A stretch of DNA of 64,000 nt from an uncultured Clostridia bacterium (lineage in GTDB: Bacteria > Bacillota > Clostridia > Christensenellales > CAG-314). Both the position numbers and the translations under genes were made by a program. Positions 18,757 to 27,738 of the stretch are shown here, in pieces (the first letter of the stretch is position 1; each line of letters starts with the position of its first letter). A model generated the notes under the pieces. It was not told the DNA's origin, did not search any database, and saw only the letters and a program-made list of their open reading frames with translations. The stretch lies in NCBI GenBank assembly GCA_947625115.1, contig CANQND010000004.1, positions 3,338 to 67,337 on the forward strand, read 5' to 3'.

Positions 18757-19368
18757 TCAGTTGAGTTTCTTTTTTATTCCGTCGATAATCATATTTATGG
18801 CAATTTCGTTGTGACCGCCTTGTGGAATGATCAAATCGGCTTTTGTTTTGGAGGGTTCCACAAATTGTTCGTGCATCGGTTTGACGGTGGTGAGGTATTG
18901 GTCGATTACCGACTCCATACTGCGTCCGCGTTCCGTAACGTCGCGGGTGAGGCGGCGAATAAAGCGCACGTCGGCGGGCGCGTCCACAAACAGTTTTACG
19001 TCGCACAATTTGCACAGCTTGCTGTCGGTGAAGATAAGTATTCCCTCAACTATTATCAGTTTCGCGCTGTCCATCGTTTGCCATTTGTCGTTGCGGCGGT
19101 AGTTGGCAAAATCGTAAGTGGGGTGCAATATCGAATTGCCCTTTTTCAATTCCTTTACGTGTTCCACAAGCATTGCGGTGTCCAAGCTGTCGGGGTGGTC
19201 GTAGTTGAGGCGGCTCCGCTCTTCCTTGGAGAGTTCTTCGTGCGGTTTGTAGTAAAAGTCGTGACTCAACAGAGCCGCGTCGTTGCCGAACTCCTCAAAA
19301 AGCCTTTCCGCCACCGTCGTCTTGCCCGACGCCGTTCCTCCCGCTATGCCAATCACAATCCTGTCCAT
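18757..19368 (-). CDS. udk: uridine kinase
   Basis: IGIAGGTASGKTT P-loop, NYDHPDS, RRLTRD motifs. GGTGAGGTGA RBS. Confidence 0.9.
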   Translation of the reverse strand: MDRIVIGIAGGTASGKTTVAERLFEEFGNDAALLSHDFYYKPHEELSKEERSRLNYDHPDSLDTAMLVEHVKELKKGNSILHPTYDFANYRRNDKWQTMDSAKLIIVEGILIFTDSKLCKLCDVKLFVDAPADVRFIRRLTRDVTERGRSMESVIDQYLTTVKPMHEQFVEPSKTKADLIIPQGGHNEIAINMIIDGIKKKLN

Positions 19369-19614
19369 ATTTCACCTCACCGTAATATTGTAACCGTTCG
19401 GCGAAATTTTGTCAATTCAATAACCCTCCGACAAAAGATGTTAAACATTACCCCGACCGCCTTTTTTTGTTCTTGACGGAAAAATCACAAATTGTTTGAA
19501 AATTTTTGTGAAAAGTGTATCGGGCAATTCACATTGCAGTTAAAATAACCGAGCAAAAACAAATTTTGTCGAAAATTTTTGCACCGTATTGCAAAACAAA
19601 ACATCAAGTTAATT

Positions 19615-19654
19615 TGAAAATATAAGGCGGACAAAACTTAGAGTTTTGCCCGCC
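19615..19654 (-). terminator. probable terminator of the XRE gene
   Basis: GGCGG(A/G)CAAAAC stem pair (19626-19637 / 19643-19654) followed on the minus strand by a T-rich run. Confidence 0.45.
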
Positions 19655-19659
19655 GTGTT

Positions 19660-19959
19660 TTATTTGGTAAACACATCGACCAGAGCTTTTTGCTGTTTCG
19701 GAGTAAGTTTGCGGAATGCGGCAAGCATTTCCCTTTCGGTTTCGCTCAACACTTCTACGGTTTCGTCCTCCAAGAAAAATTGCGCAAGAGTCAGCCCAAA
19801 TGCGTTGCAAATACATTGCAATGTATCTACTTTCGGTAGGTTTTTACGGTGAAACAAAGAATTGATCGTAGCGACAGAGAGATCGGCATTTTTTGCAAGA
19901 TCGTAGTCGTTCCAATCACGTGCGTATTGAAGTTTTCGAATTTTATCATGAATATCCAT
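19660..19959 (-). CDS. XRE-family HTH protein, candidate controller (C) protein of the adjacent R-M-like module
   Basis: 99 aa. LAKNADLSVATINSLFHRKNLPKVDTL is HTH_3-like. It is divergent from the methyltransferase operon, and operator-like repeats fill the shared intergenic region. Confidence 0.75.
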   Translation of the reverse strand: MDIHDKIRKLQYARDWNDYDLAKNADLSVATINSLFHRKNLPKVDTLQCICNAFGLTLAQFFLEDETVEVLSETEREMLAAFRKLTPKQQKALVDVFTK

Positions 19960-19974
19960 ACTTTTATTATACTA

Positions 19975-20028
19975 TGCAAAAGCATTGACTTTTATCTGCA
20001 AATGCAATAGAATAAATATGCAAATGCA
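19975..20028. promoter_or_regulatory. three operator-like 10-bp boxes at 22-bp spacing (C-box-like)
   Basis: TGCAAAAGCA (19975-19984), TGCAAATGCA (19997-20006), TGCAAATGCA (20019-20028). The boxes overlap the + strand promoter. Confidence 0.55.
19985..20013 (+). promoter_or_regulatory. sigma70-type promoter of the methyltransferase operon
   Basis: TTGACT, 17 nt, TAGAAT. Confidence 0.55.
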
Positions 20029-20050
20029 CCAAAATAAAGTTGAAATTGCA

Positions 20051-20698
20051 ATGAAAGGTCAAACAAAATCAAAGGAACGTGTACGAGATCACGGAGAAGT
20101 TTTTACCGACGAGAGGGAAGTGAAAGCTATGTGTGATTTGGTCGGCGACGAATGTAATCGCATAGACAGTCGTTTTTTGGAGCCTGCATGCGGCGACGGC
20201 AATTTTCTTGCCGAAATTCTCACGCGAAAGCTCGCCGTCGTCAGGCGAAAATATGGCAAAAGTCCCCTCGATTACGAAAAGAACGCCGTGCTTGCCGCGT
20301 CCTCGATTTACGGCGTTGACATTCTTTTCGACAACGTGCTTGCCTGTCGTGCGCGAATGTTCGCTCTTTGGGATAAAGAATACGTTGCCGTTTGTAAAAA
20401 AGAAGTCAACAACGAAACGAGAGAAGCGGTGAAGTTTATTCTCTCGCGCAATATCGTATGCGGAAACGCTCTCACGCTCAAATGCGTAGACGAAAACGCA
20501 CATGATACCGACGAACCGATAGTTTTTTCGGAGTGGGCATTTGTTACGGGGAGTAACCTTCAACGAAGCGACTACACTTTTGCAGAGCTTTTGGAACAGG
20601 GCGAAAAGCAGGTACAGCTTTCCATTCAACTTGGCGACGAAGGCACTTTTCTCCGCAAATACGTTACACATTACAGGAGAGTACAGGAAAATGGATAA
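20051..20698 (+). CDS. methyltransferase-N-domain-like protein lacking an NPPY-type catalytic motif
   Basis: 215 aa from [19 protein letters not shown] (motif X-like), [12 protein letters not shown] (motif I), IYGVDI, IVCGNAL, then no (N/D/S)PP(Y/F/W). The stop overlaps the next start (ATGGATAA). Confidence 0.6.
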   Translation: MKGQTKSKERVRDHGEVFTDEREVKAMCDLVGDECNRIDSRFLEPACGDGNFLAEILTRKLAVVRRKYGKSPLDYEKNAVLAASSIYGVDILFDNVLACRARMFALWDKEYVAVCKKEVNNETREAVKFILSRNIVCGNALTLKCVDENAHDTDEPIVFSEWAFVTGSNLQRSDYTFAELLEQGEKQVQLSIQLGDEGTFLRKYVTHYRRVQENG

Positions 20699-22235
20699 TA
20701 CGCTTTTTGGAAAAGTTTACAACCCCGATGTGCTATCGTGTCTTGCCAATCTCAGCAACGACGAAGTTTTCACTCCGCCCGAAATCGTTAACGAAATGCT
20801 CGATATGCTCCCGCAAGAGCTTTTTCAGAACCCCGACACGACGTTTTTGGATCCCGCATGCAAAACGGGTGTGTTTTTGAGAGAAATTGCCAAACGTCTT
20901 ATCAAGGGCTTGGAAAAGCAGTTTCCCGATTTGCAGGAACGCGTAGACCACATTTTCCATAAGCAACTGTTCGGCATTGCAATAACGGAACTTACAAGTT
21001 TGCTTTCTCGTCGCGGCGTGTATTGTAGCAAATACCCTAACGGCGAGTTTTCCGTTACTCGTTTTCGTACCGCCGACGGCAATATTCGTTATAAACGCGT
21101 TTCTCACACGTGGAAAAACGGTAAATGCGTTTTTTGCGGTGCAAGCGAAAAAGAGTATTCTCGTGGTGACGACTTGGAAACACACGCTTACGAATTTATC
21201 CACTTTGTCAAACCGGAGGAAATTTTCAATATGAAATTCGATGTCATTATAAGCAACCCGCCGTATCAGTTGAATGATGGTGGTGGTACAGGAGATAGTG
21301 CAAAACCCATATATCATTTGTTTGTGCAAAAAGCAAAAAAACTTTTGCCAAAGTATATTGTTATGATTATTCCTTCAAGGTGGATGAAAGGAGGCAAGGG
21401 TTTACAAACGTTTAGAGAAGAAATGATTGCCGATACAAGATTAAAATACATTTATGATTATGAAGATGCCAAAGAATGTTTTACGGGTTTACATATTGAT
21501 GGGGGTGTCACTTACTTCTTATGGGATAAAAATTATTGTGGCGTAGTTAATTATACATATAAACCAAAAGACGAACCTGCTTTTTTGACACGTCGATATT
21601 TATCCAACAATGTATCAGATACGGTAATTAGAGATTACAGACAGATGTCTATTATTGAAAAATCTAGTAATGGGACGCGATTTAGTAGTATCGTTTCAAC
21701 AAGGAATCCTTATGGGTTTTCCGCTGATTTATTTAATGAACCCAAACATTATCCTCATACTAATTTGTCTGAAAAATCTTTTCCTAATTCATATAAAATT
21801 TATGGTGTTAGGGGAATAAAAGGTGGTGCGCGTAGAGTAACGGGATATGTAAATTTTGACAAAAATAATGATAAAGACCATAATTTTGATAAGTTTAAGC
21901 TGTTTTTTTCTAAGGCTTTTACAACAACATCAACTGTTCCGCCAGAAGTAATTATTGCCAAACCATATGAAATATGTACTGAAACTTTTTTGCAAATAGG
22001 CGGTTTTAATTATGAAAACGAAGCTAAAAATTGTTTGTCTTATATAAAAACAAAGTTTTTTAGAGCTTTGCTGTTTTATAATAGGCATTCATTGAACATT
22101 TCCAGAGAATCTTTTAGTTTGATCCCAATGCAAGATTTCTCTAAGCCTTGGACAGACGAGGAGTTGTATGCAAAATATAATTTGACCGACGAAGAAATAG
22201 CTTTCATTGAAAGTATGATACGACCAATGGAGTAA
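20691..22235 (+). CDS. gamma-class N6-adenine DNA methyltransferase (Eco57I-family type)
   Basis: [13 protein letters not shown] (X), [12 protein letters not shown] (I), [19 protein letters not shown] (IV), and a long C-terminal putative target-recognition region ending [21 protein letters not shown]. Confidence 0.85.
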   Translation: MDNTLFGKVYNPDVLSCLANLSNDEVFTPPEIVNEMLDMLPQELFQNPDTTFLDPACKTGVFLREIAKRLIKGLEKQFPDLQERVDHIFHKQLFGIAITELTSLLSRRGVYCSKYPNGEFSVTRFRTADGNIRYKRVSHTWKNGKCVFCGASEKEYSRGDDLETHAYEFIHFVKPEEIFNMKFDVIISNPPYQLNDGGGTGDSAKPIYHLFVQKAKKLLPKYIVMIIPSRWMKGGKGLQTFREEMIADTRLKYIYDYEDAKECFTGLHIDGGVTYFLWDKNYCGVVNYTYKPKDEPAFLTRRYLSNNVSDTVIRDYRQMSIIEKSSNGTRFSSIVSTRNPYGFSADLFNEPKHYPHTNLSEKSFPNSYKIYGVRGIKGGARRVTGYVNFDKNNDKDHNFDKFKLFFSKAFTTTSTVPPEVIIAKPYEICTETFLQIGGFNYENEAKNCLSYIKTKFFRALLFYNRHSLNISRESFSLIPMQDFSKPWTDEELYAKYNLTDEEIAFIESMIRPME

Positions 22236-22238
22236 TTT

Positions 22239-25076
22239 ATGCCAATTGATTTTTTTCAACAGCGTCCGAAAGTTGAACCTACAATTTACGCCTATCAGCT
22301 TGTGGGCGTAAGCTCTCACGAGGGCTATTTGAAAATCGGCTACACCGATCGCGACGCGGAAACTCGTGTAAAAGAACAGACGCACACAAGCGGATTGAAA
22401 TACAAAATCGTTCTCAAAGAATCCGCAATGCGCGCAGACGGAACTTGTTTCCGCGACGGGGACGTTCACGCTTTGTTACGCCGTAAAGGTTTTCGCAGAC
22501 TTAACGAGGGCAAAGACAGAAACGAATGGTATCTTTGTACCGAAAGGGACGTTCGCGCGGCGATATTGGAACTGCGCGAGGGTATCGTTTCGGAAGAAGG
22601 GCGCGTACAAAATTTCAAAATGCGTCCCGAGCAGGTACTTGCCGTACAAAGGACGATGACCTACTTTGCACAAGCTGCAAAGGACGAGCCTAACAAAACT
22701 CCCAAATTTTTGTGGAATGCAAAAATGCGCTTCGGCAAAACTTTTGCCGCCTACGAACTTGCCAAAAAAATGGGCTTCAAGCGGGTGCTTGTTCTCACCT
22801 TTAAGCCCGCGGTGGAGTCGGCTTGGCGGGACGATCTTGTTTCGCATGTCGATTTTGAGGGGTGGCAGTTTGTTTCAAACAAAGACGCGCACGAAAAGGA
22901 CGTGAACATAGACGTAGCCTTTGCAAATTGCGAAAAATCTCACCCCATTGTGGTATTCGGTTCTTTTCAGGACCTGCTCGGTACCAACGAAAACGGCGGT
23001 ATCAAGGCAAAAAACGAGTTTATTCACACCGAAGTGTGGGACCTTGTTATTTTTGACGAATACCATTTCGGAGCTTGGCGTGAAAGTGCGAAAAAACTTT
23101 TTGAGGATCCCGACGACGAAGAAAACGCAGATTTCGACTTTGAAAACTACAAGCGTACCGAGGCAGACAACGCCTACAACGAAAGTTTTTTGCCCATATC
23201 CGCCCGTCACTATCTTTATTTGAGCGGTACGCCTTTTCGCGCGCTCAACAGCGGAGAGTTTATAGAAGATCAAATTTACAATTGGACGTATTCCGACGAG
23301 CAACGTGCCAAGGCAGAGTGGGTAGGGTCTAACAACCCGTATTTGGCTCTTCCCCGTATGGTTATGCTAACTTATCGTATTCCCGAGAGTATTCGACAGA
23401 TTGCTTTGCAGGGAGAATTTGACGAGTTTGACCTCAACGTATTTTTCTCGGCAAATGGCAAAGGCGAAGAGGCAAGGTTTGTTTACGAAAACGAAGTGCA
23501 AAAGTGGCTCGACCTTATACGCGGTTCTTATCTTCCCGCAAGCGTGGACGACTTGAAACTCGGGCAAGACAAGCGTCCTCCGATGCCCTATTCGGACGCG
23601 CGGCTTTTGGGCGTTCTTTCGCACACGTTGTGGTTTTTGCCCAATGTGGCAAGCTGTCAGGCAATGGCTAATCTTCTTCGACAAAAGCAAAACTCATTCT
23701 ATCACGGCTACAAGATCAACGTCTGCGCGGGAGCGGCGGCAGGGATAGGTTTAGACGCGCTCCGCCCTGTGCTTGCGTCGTTAGGCAACCCTCTTGAAAC
23801 TAAGACAATTACCCTCTCTTGCGGAAAACTGACAACGGGTGTGACCATACGCCCTTGGACGGGTATATTTATGTTGCGCAACTTAAAGTCGCCCGAAACG
23901 TACTTTCAGGCGGCGTTTCGCGTGCAATCTCCGTGGGAGATCACCGACGACAACGGCGACAGTAAGATAATGAAACAGGAGTGCTATATCTTCGATTTCG
24001 CTCTCGACCGCGCTTTGCGGCAGATTTCGGACTATTCTTGTCGCCTCAACGTAGAGGAGAGCAACCCCGAAAAGAAAGTTGCGGAGTTTATTTCTTTTTT
24101 GCCCGTTCTCGCTTACGACGGTTCGTCGATGAAACAAATCAATGCACAGGACGTCCTTGACATTGCAATGGCGGGTACAAGCGCGACTCTTCTCGCCAAG
24201 CGTTGGGAGTCGGCTCTGCTTGTCAATGTGGACAACGACACGCTCTCCCGTCTTTTGAATAACAAAGACGCATTGGACGCGCTTATGCGTATCGAGGGTT
24301 TTCGTTCGCTCAATTCGGATATCGAAACCATTATCAACAAGTCCGAAGTCGTGAAAAAAGCAAAACAAGACGGGCAAAATCTTTCGTCCAAGCAGAAGAA
24401 AGAACTCACCCAAGAAGAAAGAGAGTACAAGTCTATGCGCAAGCAAATTCAGGAAAAACTTATCAAATTTGCAACGCGCGTTCCGATATTTATGTACCTC
24501 ACCGACTACCGCGAACGGTCGCTCAAAGATGTTATCACGCAGTTGGAACCGGGGTTGTTCAAAAAGGTTACGGGACTCAACGTAAACGATTTCAACCTAC
24601 TTTGTTCTATCGGCGTGTTCAATGCCAGCCTTATGAACGACGCAATCTTCAAGTTCAAGCGATATGAGGATAGTTCTTTGTCCTACACGGGCATAGAAAA
24701 ACATTCTTCGGACGAAATCGGCGGTTGGGACACAGTAGTTCGCCGTGAAGAATACGAAAAATTGTTCTACAATCAACAAGCGACAATGGAGCAAACGTCG
24801 CAAGAGGTTGCCGTAACCGTTGCTTATGAACCCGAAACGGAAAGCAATGGCAATGTATCTGAGGTAAAAACAGCAGAACAAACCGACACCCCGCCGAAAG
24901 GTTTCGATTGTTCTTCGGTAGAGGTGGGGACTTATGTTTTACATGCGAAATTCGGCAAGGGCAAAGTTGTAAAGATCGACAAAGGGAGAAAGTATATAAC
25001 TATTGCGTTTTCTGTCGGAGAAAAGATGTTTGTTATGCCGAGTTGTTTTGAGTTGGGGTTCTTGAAATTGATGTAA
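22239..25076 (+). CDS. T5orf172/GIY-YIG-like nuclease domain + SF2 (ResIII-type) helicase + C-terminal PcrA/UvrD-like Tudor-like tail; putative restriction/effector subunit
   Basis: N-terminus IYAYQL..GYLKIGYTDRDAETRVKEQ...DRNEWYLC. Helicase motifs AKMRFGKT (I), DEYH (II), LSGTPF (III), QAAFRVQS (VI). C-terminus VGTYVLHAKFGKGKVVKIDKGRKYITIAFSVGEKMF. Confidence 0.75.
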   Translation: MPIDFFQQRPKVEPTIYAYQLVGVSSHEGYLKIGYTDRDAETRVKEQTHTSGLKYKIVLKESAMRADGTCFRDGDVHALLRRKGFRRLNEGKDRNEWYLCTERDVRAAILELREGIVSEEGRVQNFKMRPEQVLAVQRTMTYFAQAAKDEPNKTPKFLWNAKMRFGKTFAAYELAKKMGFKRVLVLTFKPAVESAWRDDLVSHVDFEGWQFVSNKDAHEKDVNIDVAFANCEKSHPIVVFGSFQDLLGTNENGGIKAKNEFIHTEVWDLVIFDEYHFGAWRESAKKLFEDPDDEENADFDFENYKRTEADNAYNESFLPISARHYLYLSGTPFRALNSGEFIEDQIYNWTYSDEQRAKAEWVGSNNPYLALPRMVMLTYRIPESIRQIALQGEFDEFDLNVFFSANGKGEEARFVYENEVQKWLDLIRGSYLPASVDDLKLGQDKRPPMPYSDARLLGVLSHTLWFLPNVASCQAMANLLRQKQNSFYHGYKINVCAGAAAGIGLDALRPVLASLGNPLETKTITLSCGKLTTGVTIRPWTGIFMLRNLKSPETYFQAAFRVQSPWEITDDNGDSKIMKQECYIFDFALDRALRQISDYSCRLNVEESNPEKKVAEFISFLPVLAYDGSSMKQINAQDVLDIAMAGTSATLLAKRWESALLVNVDNDTLSRLLNNKDALDALMRIEGFRSLNSDIETIINKSEVVKKAKQDGQNLSSKQKKELTQEEREYKSMRKQIQEKLIKFATRVPIFMYLTDYRERSLKDVITQLEPGLFKKVTGLNVNDFNLLCSIGVFNASLMNDAIFKFKRYEDSSLSYTGIEKHSSDEIGGWDTVVRREEYEKLFYNQQATMEQTSQEVAVTVAYEPETESNGNVSEVKTAEQTDTPPKGFDCSSVEVGTYVLHAKFGKGKVVKIDKGRKYITIAFSVGEKMFVMPSCFELGFLKLM

Positions 25077-25115
25077 ACTCAAATAACGTAGTTTGAAACC
25101 GACGAGATACACAAC

Positions 25116-25140
25116 GGCGAGAAATTTATCTCGCCGTTTT
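25116..25140 (+). terminator. rho-independent terminator
   Basis: GGCGAGA-aattta-TCTCGCC followed by GTTTT. Confidence 0.65.
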
Positions 25141-25249
25141 CGCTGTTTGTTGTTGTTAAATAACTTTGCACAAACGGCGTTTTGCGGTGCTTTTGTGCAA
25201 CCAAATAAGCCCCGTTGCGTAAGAAAAGTCATTGTGGTATAATGATTTT

Positions 25250-26149
25250 ATGAAATACGCAATCGATCGCCAATTCGGATTTTTCCGTCGCTTTCGTCCT
25301 CCCTTTAACAGGGTTGCTTTTGCTCTTGCAAAAGTTTTTCTTGCGCCCGCAAAACTTGCTCTCAAAGGCAAAGAACTCGCCGTTATCAAACGAAAGGTGA
25401 TTTCGGGCGACGGCAAAGCGTTCAACATCTATATCGCCAAGCCCAAAAACGCGCACGACAAATTGCCCGCCGTTCTTTACCTGCACGGCGGCGGTTTTGT
25501 ATTCAAAGGCGCGCCTTATCACTTTCGCTTGGCAAAACAGTACGCGTTGCAAGCCCGTTGCGCTGTTGTCTTTGTCGATTACCGTTTGGCTTACGCCGCG
25601 CCGTTCGGAGCAACTTTGTCCGATTGCGTTGTTGCCTACAATTATCTTTTGTCAAACGCCGACGAGCTGGGCGTGGATAGCGACCGTGTTTGTTTTGCGG
25701 GTGATTCTGCGGGAGGATATCTTTGCTTGGCGTTGGAAGAGCATTGCAAAACTCAACGTTTGCCTATGCCCGCCAAAGTTATGTTGATTTATCCCGCGGC
25801 AGACGCTGAAACGTCATCGCCCTCCGCGCAACTCTATGTCGATACGCCGATGTGGAACGCCCGTCTTAATCGCAAAATGTGGCGGCTGTACCGCAAGGGA
25901 AACAATGTTTTTGACCCGTTGCGTGCGGATCTGACGGGTTTTGCACCCACCTATCTGGAAACGGCTCAATTCGACTGTCTGCACGACGAGGGCGTAATTT
26001 TAGCTGACAGACTGCGCAAAGCGGGGGCGGAGTGTATTCTCAACGAAACGGCGGGTACAATGCACGGTTTCGATATATGTTATCGGGCAAGCCTGACCCG
26101 TGCCGCCGTCGTCAAACGGATAGAATTTTTGAAAAGCCTCAATTTGTGA
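25250..26149 (+). CDS. alpha/beta-hydrolase, esterase/lipase (HSL-type)
   Basis: YLHGGGF oxyanion motif, GDSAGG nucleophile elbow, late H (MHGF). Start MKYAIDR at 25250. Confidence 0.8.
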   Translation: MKYAIDRQFGFFRRFRPPFNRVAFALAKVFLAPAKLALKGKELAVIKRKVISGDGKAFNIYIAKPKNAHDKLPAVLYLHGGGFVFKGAPYHFRLAKQYALQARCAVVFVDYRLAYAAPFGATLSDCVVAYNYLLSNADELGVDSDRVCFAGDSAGGYLCLALEEHCKTQRLPMPAKVMLIYPAADAETSSPSAQLYVDTPMWNARLNRKMWRLYRKGNNVFDPLRADLTGFAPTYLETAQFDCLHDEGVILADRLRKAGAECILNETAGTMHGFDICYRASLTRAAVVKRIEFLKSLNL

Positions 26150-26263
26150 AAATTTTTGTTTTTTGCTTAATTTTTTTTGTTGTCAACAAGTAATAGTTAT
26201 ATAAGGATATTTTATGCCGTTTAACAGTTCGTTAAGCGGTAAAAACGTTTAGGGAGTATACAA

Positions 26264-27424
26264 ATGATAGTGAGATCAATAGCGATTCCGTATAATAGGA
26301 TAGAAGAAGTGGAGATGTTTGACGTAAGGTTCGGCGATTGTTTTGTTTGTTCCAACAAATATCGGTCGGCTATGCTTGTCGATTGCGGCAGTACTATTGC
26401 GTCCGCCGCCGTCAGCAAAAAATTGTCCATGTTCTATCACAAATATTTGATGATTTCTCATTTCCACAACGATCACATTTCGGGCATAAGCCAACTTGCA
26501 AATGTACATTTTAACGAAGTGTACCTGCCCAACATAATCGACCCCTGCATAATCAGATTGAGCTTTGCAACGCTTTTGATTTCCAGCAAAACATCTCCAT
26601 TGCACCAATTGGCGTTGAACTTGCTTTTGACCATACCGAACATAGTTTCTTGTTTGACTTATAAAAGCAAAATAGTGTTTTTCAAAAGGGGCGATGTCTA
26701 TTGTAATAGGTTGGACTCTTTGCGAATTTTATGGCCGAGTTTTGAAGATAACAAGGCTCGGACAATTTTGGGACAATTGGAAAACTACGATCGCCGCGAA
26801 TTGTTGCAAAGAGCATACGCCGCGGCAAGAGAGTACTTCGGAATTTTGAGGGAAAATTTAACTTCGTCAGATGGAGTTGAAATTATAGAAATCACGGACA
26901 ACAATCAAGGCCAACTGTCAAGTTTGTCGTCGATAGTGGAGTCGTTTATAAGTCGACAGGACGGAAAACTATCCGTAAGCAAATCTTTGAAAAACTCCAT
27001 TTCCGATTGGCAAAACGAGATAAGTTTGTGTTTTGACAACTTCACCGACTACAATCGCCAAAACAACGTGCTGTTTTTGGGAGATTTGCCGAAAGACATT
27101 TTTGAAAATAAATTGGTACCGTATAACGATATTCCTTTATTGCCTGCCTATCGCGCGATAAAAGTACCCCATCACGGCACAAAAAATTATTTTACCGATT
27201 TGCTTCCGCCAAGCGATTATTTGCTTATTTCCAACGGCAAAGCAAGAAAAGGTTGGGAAATCAGCGTTTACTACGGTTTGCGTTATCGCACGCGGGCGAT
27301 TTGTTGCACAAATTATCACTGTGCGTGCGAGTACGAGTTTTACAAAACAAAATGTCGGGCATGCGCAAACCCCGATACCGTATGCGGCGTGCAAAACGGC
27401 AATTCCATTGTGATAAAAATTTAA
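26264..27424 (+). CDS. ComEC-type MBL-fold metallo-hydrolase with a Cys-rich C-terminal tail
   Basis: MLVDCGS, ISHFHNDHISG (HxHxDH), VLFLGDL, KVPHHGT. C-terminus CCTNYHCACEYEFYKTKCRACANPDTVCG. AGGGAG RBS lies 7 nt upstream. The gene is AT-rich. Confidence 0.7.
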   Translation: MIVRSIAIPYNRIEEVEMFDVRFGDCFVCSNKYRSAMLVDCGSTIASAAVSKKLSMFYHKYLMISHFHNDHISGISQLANVHFNEVYLPNIIDPCIIRLSFATLLISSKTSPLHQLALNLLLTIPNIVSCLTYKSKIVFFKRGDVYCNRLDSLRILWPSFEDNKARTILGQLENYDRRELLQRAYAAAREYFGILRENLTSSDGVEIIEITDNNQGQLSSLSSIVESFISRQDGKLSVSKSLKNSISDWQNEISLCFDNFTDYNRQNNVLFLGDLPKDIFENKLVPYNDIPLLPAYRAIKVPHHGTKNYFTDLLPPSDYLLISNGKARKGWEISVYYGLRYRTRAICCTNYHCACEYEFYKTKCRACANPDTVCGVQNGNSIVIKI

Positions 27425-27738
27425 CCGTCCGTTCGGTTTCCCCGTTTTTGAAGAATTATCAAAAAACTTCAAACCATTGAAGTTTAGTAGTTTATATACA
27501 AAGGAAAACGTATATATTTTATAAATATCATTGAGTAAGGCATATTCGACTATTCTGCATTTTTGCGGAATAGTCAATATTATTTTAATAGTATTATCAA
27601 CAAACAACTAAATTTTATTAGAAACGTATACAAAAGGGGTTTTCAATCAACGATGGAAACTCTTAAATTCGCTTAAATCGTACAAGTAAGCCAAAACTGT
27701 TTCCTGATAGAACAACTTGCTTTTATTTCAACTTATAC

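Noticed and set aside
27137-27607. 156-aa minus-strand ORF
   Set aside because: It overlaps the 3' end of the MBL-fold gene in antisense and then runs through AT-rich intergenic DNA. It has no RBS or motif.
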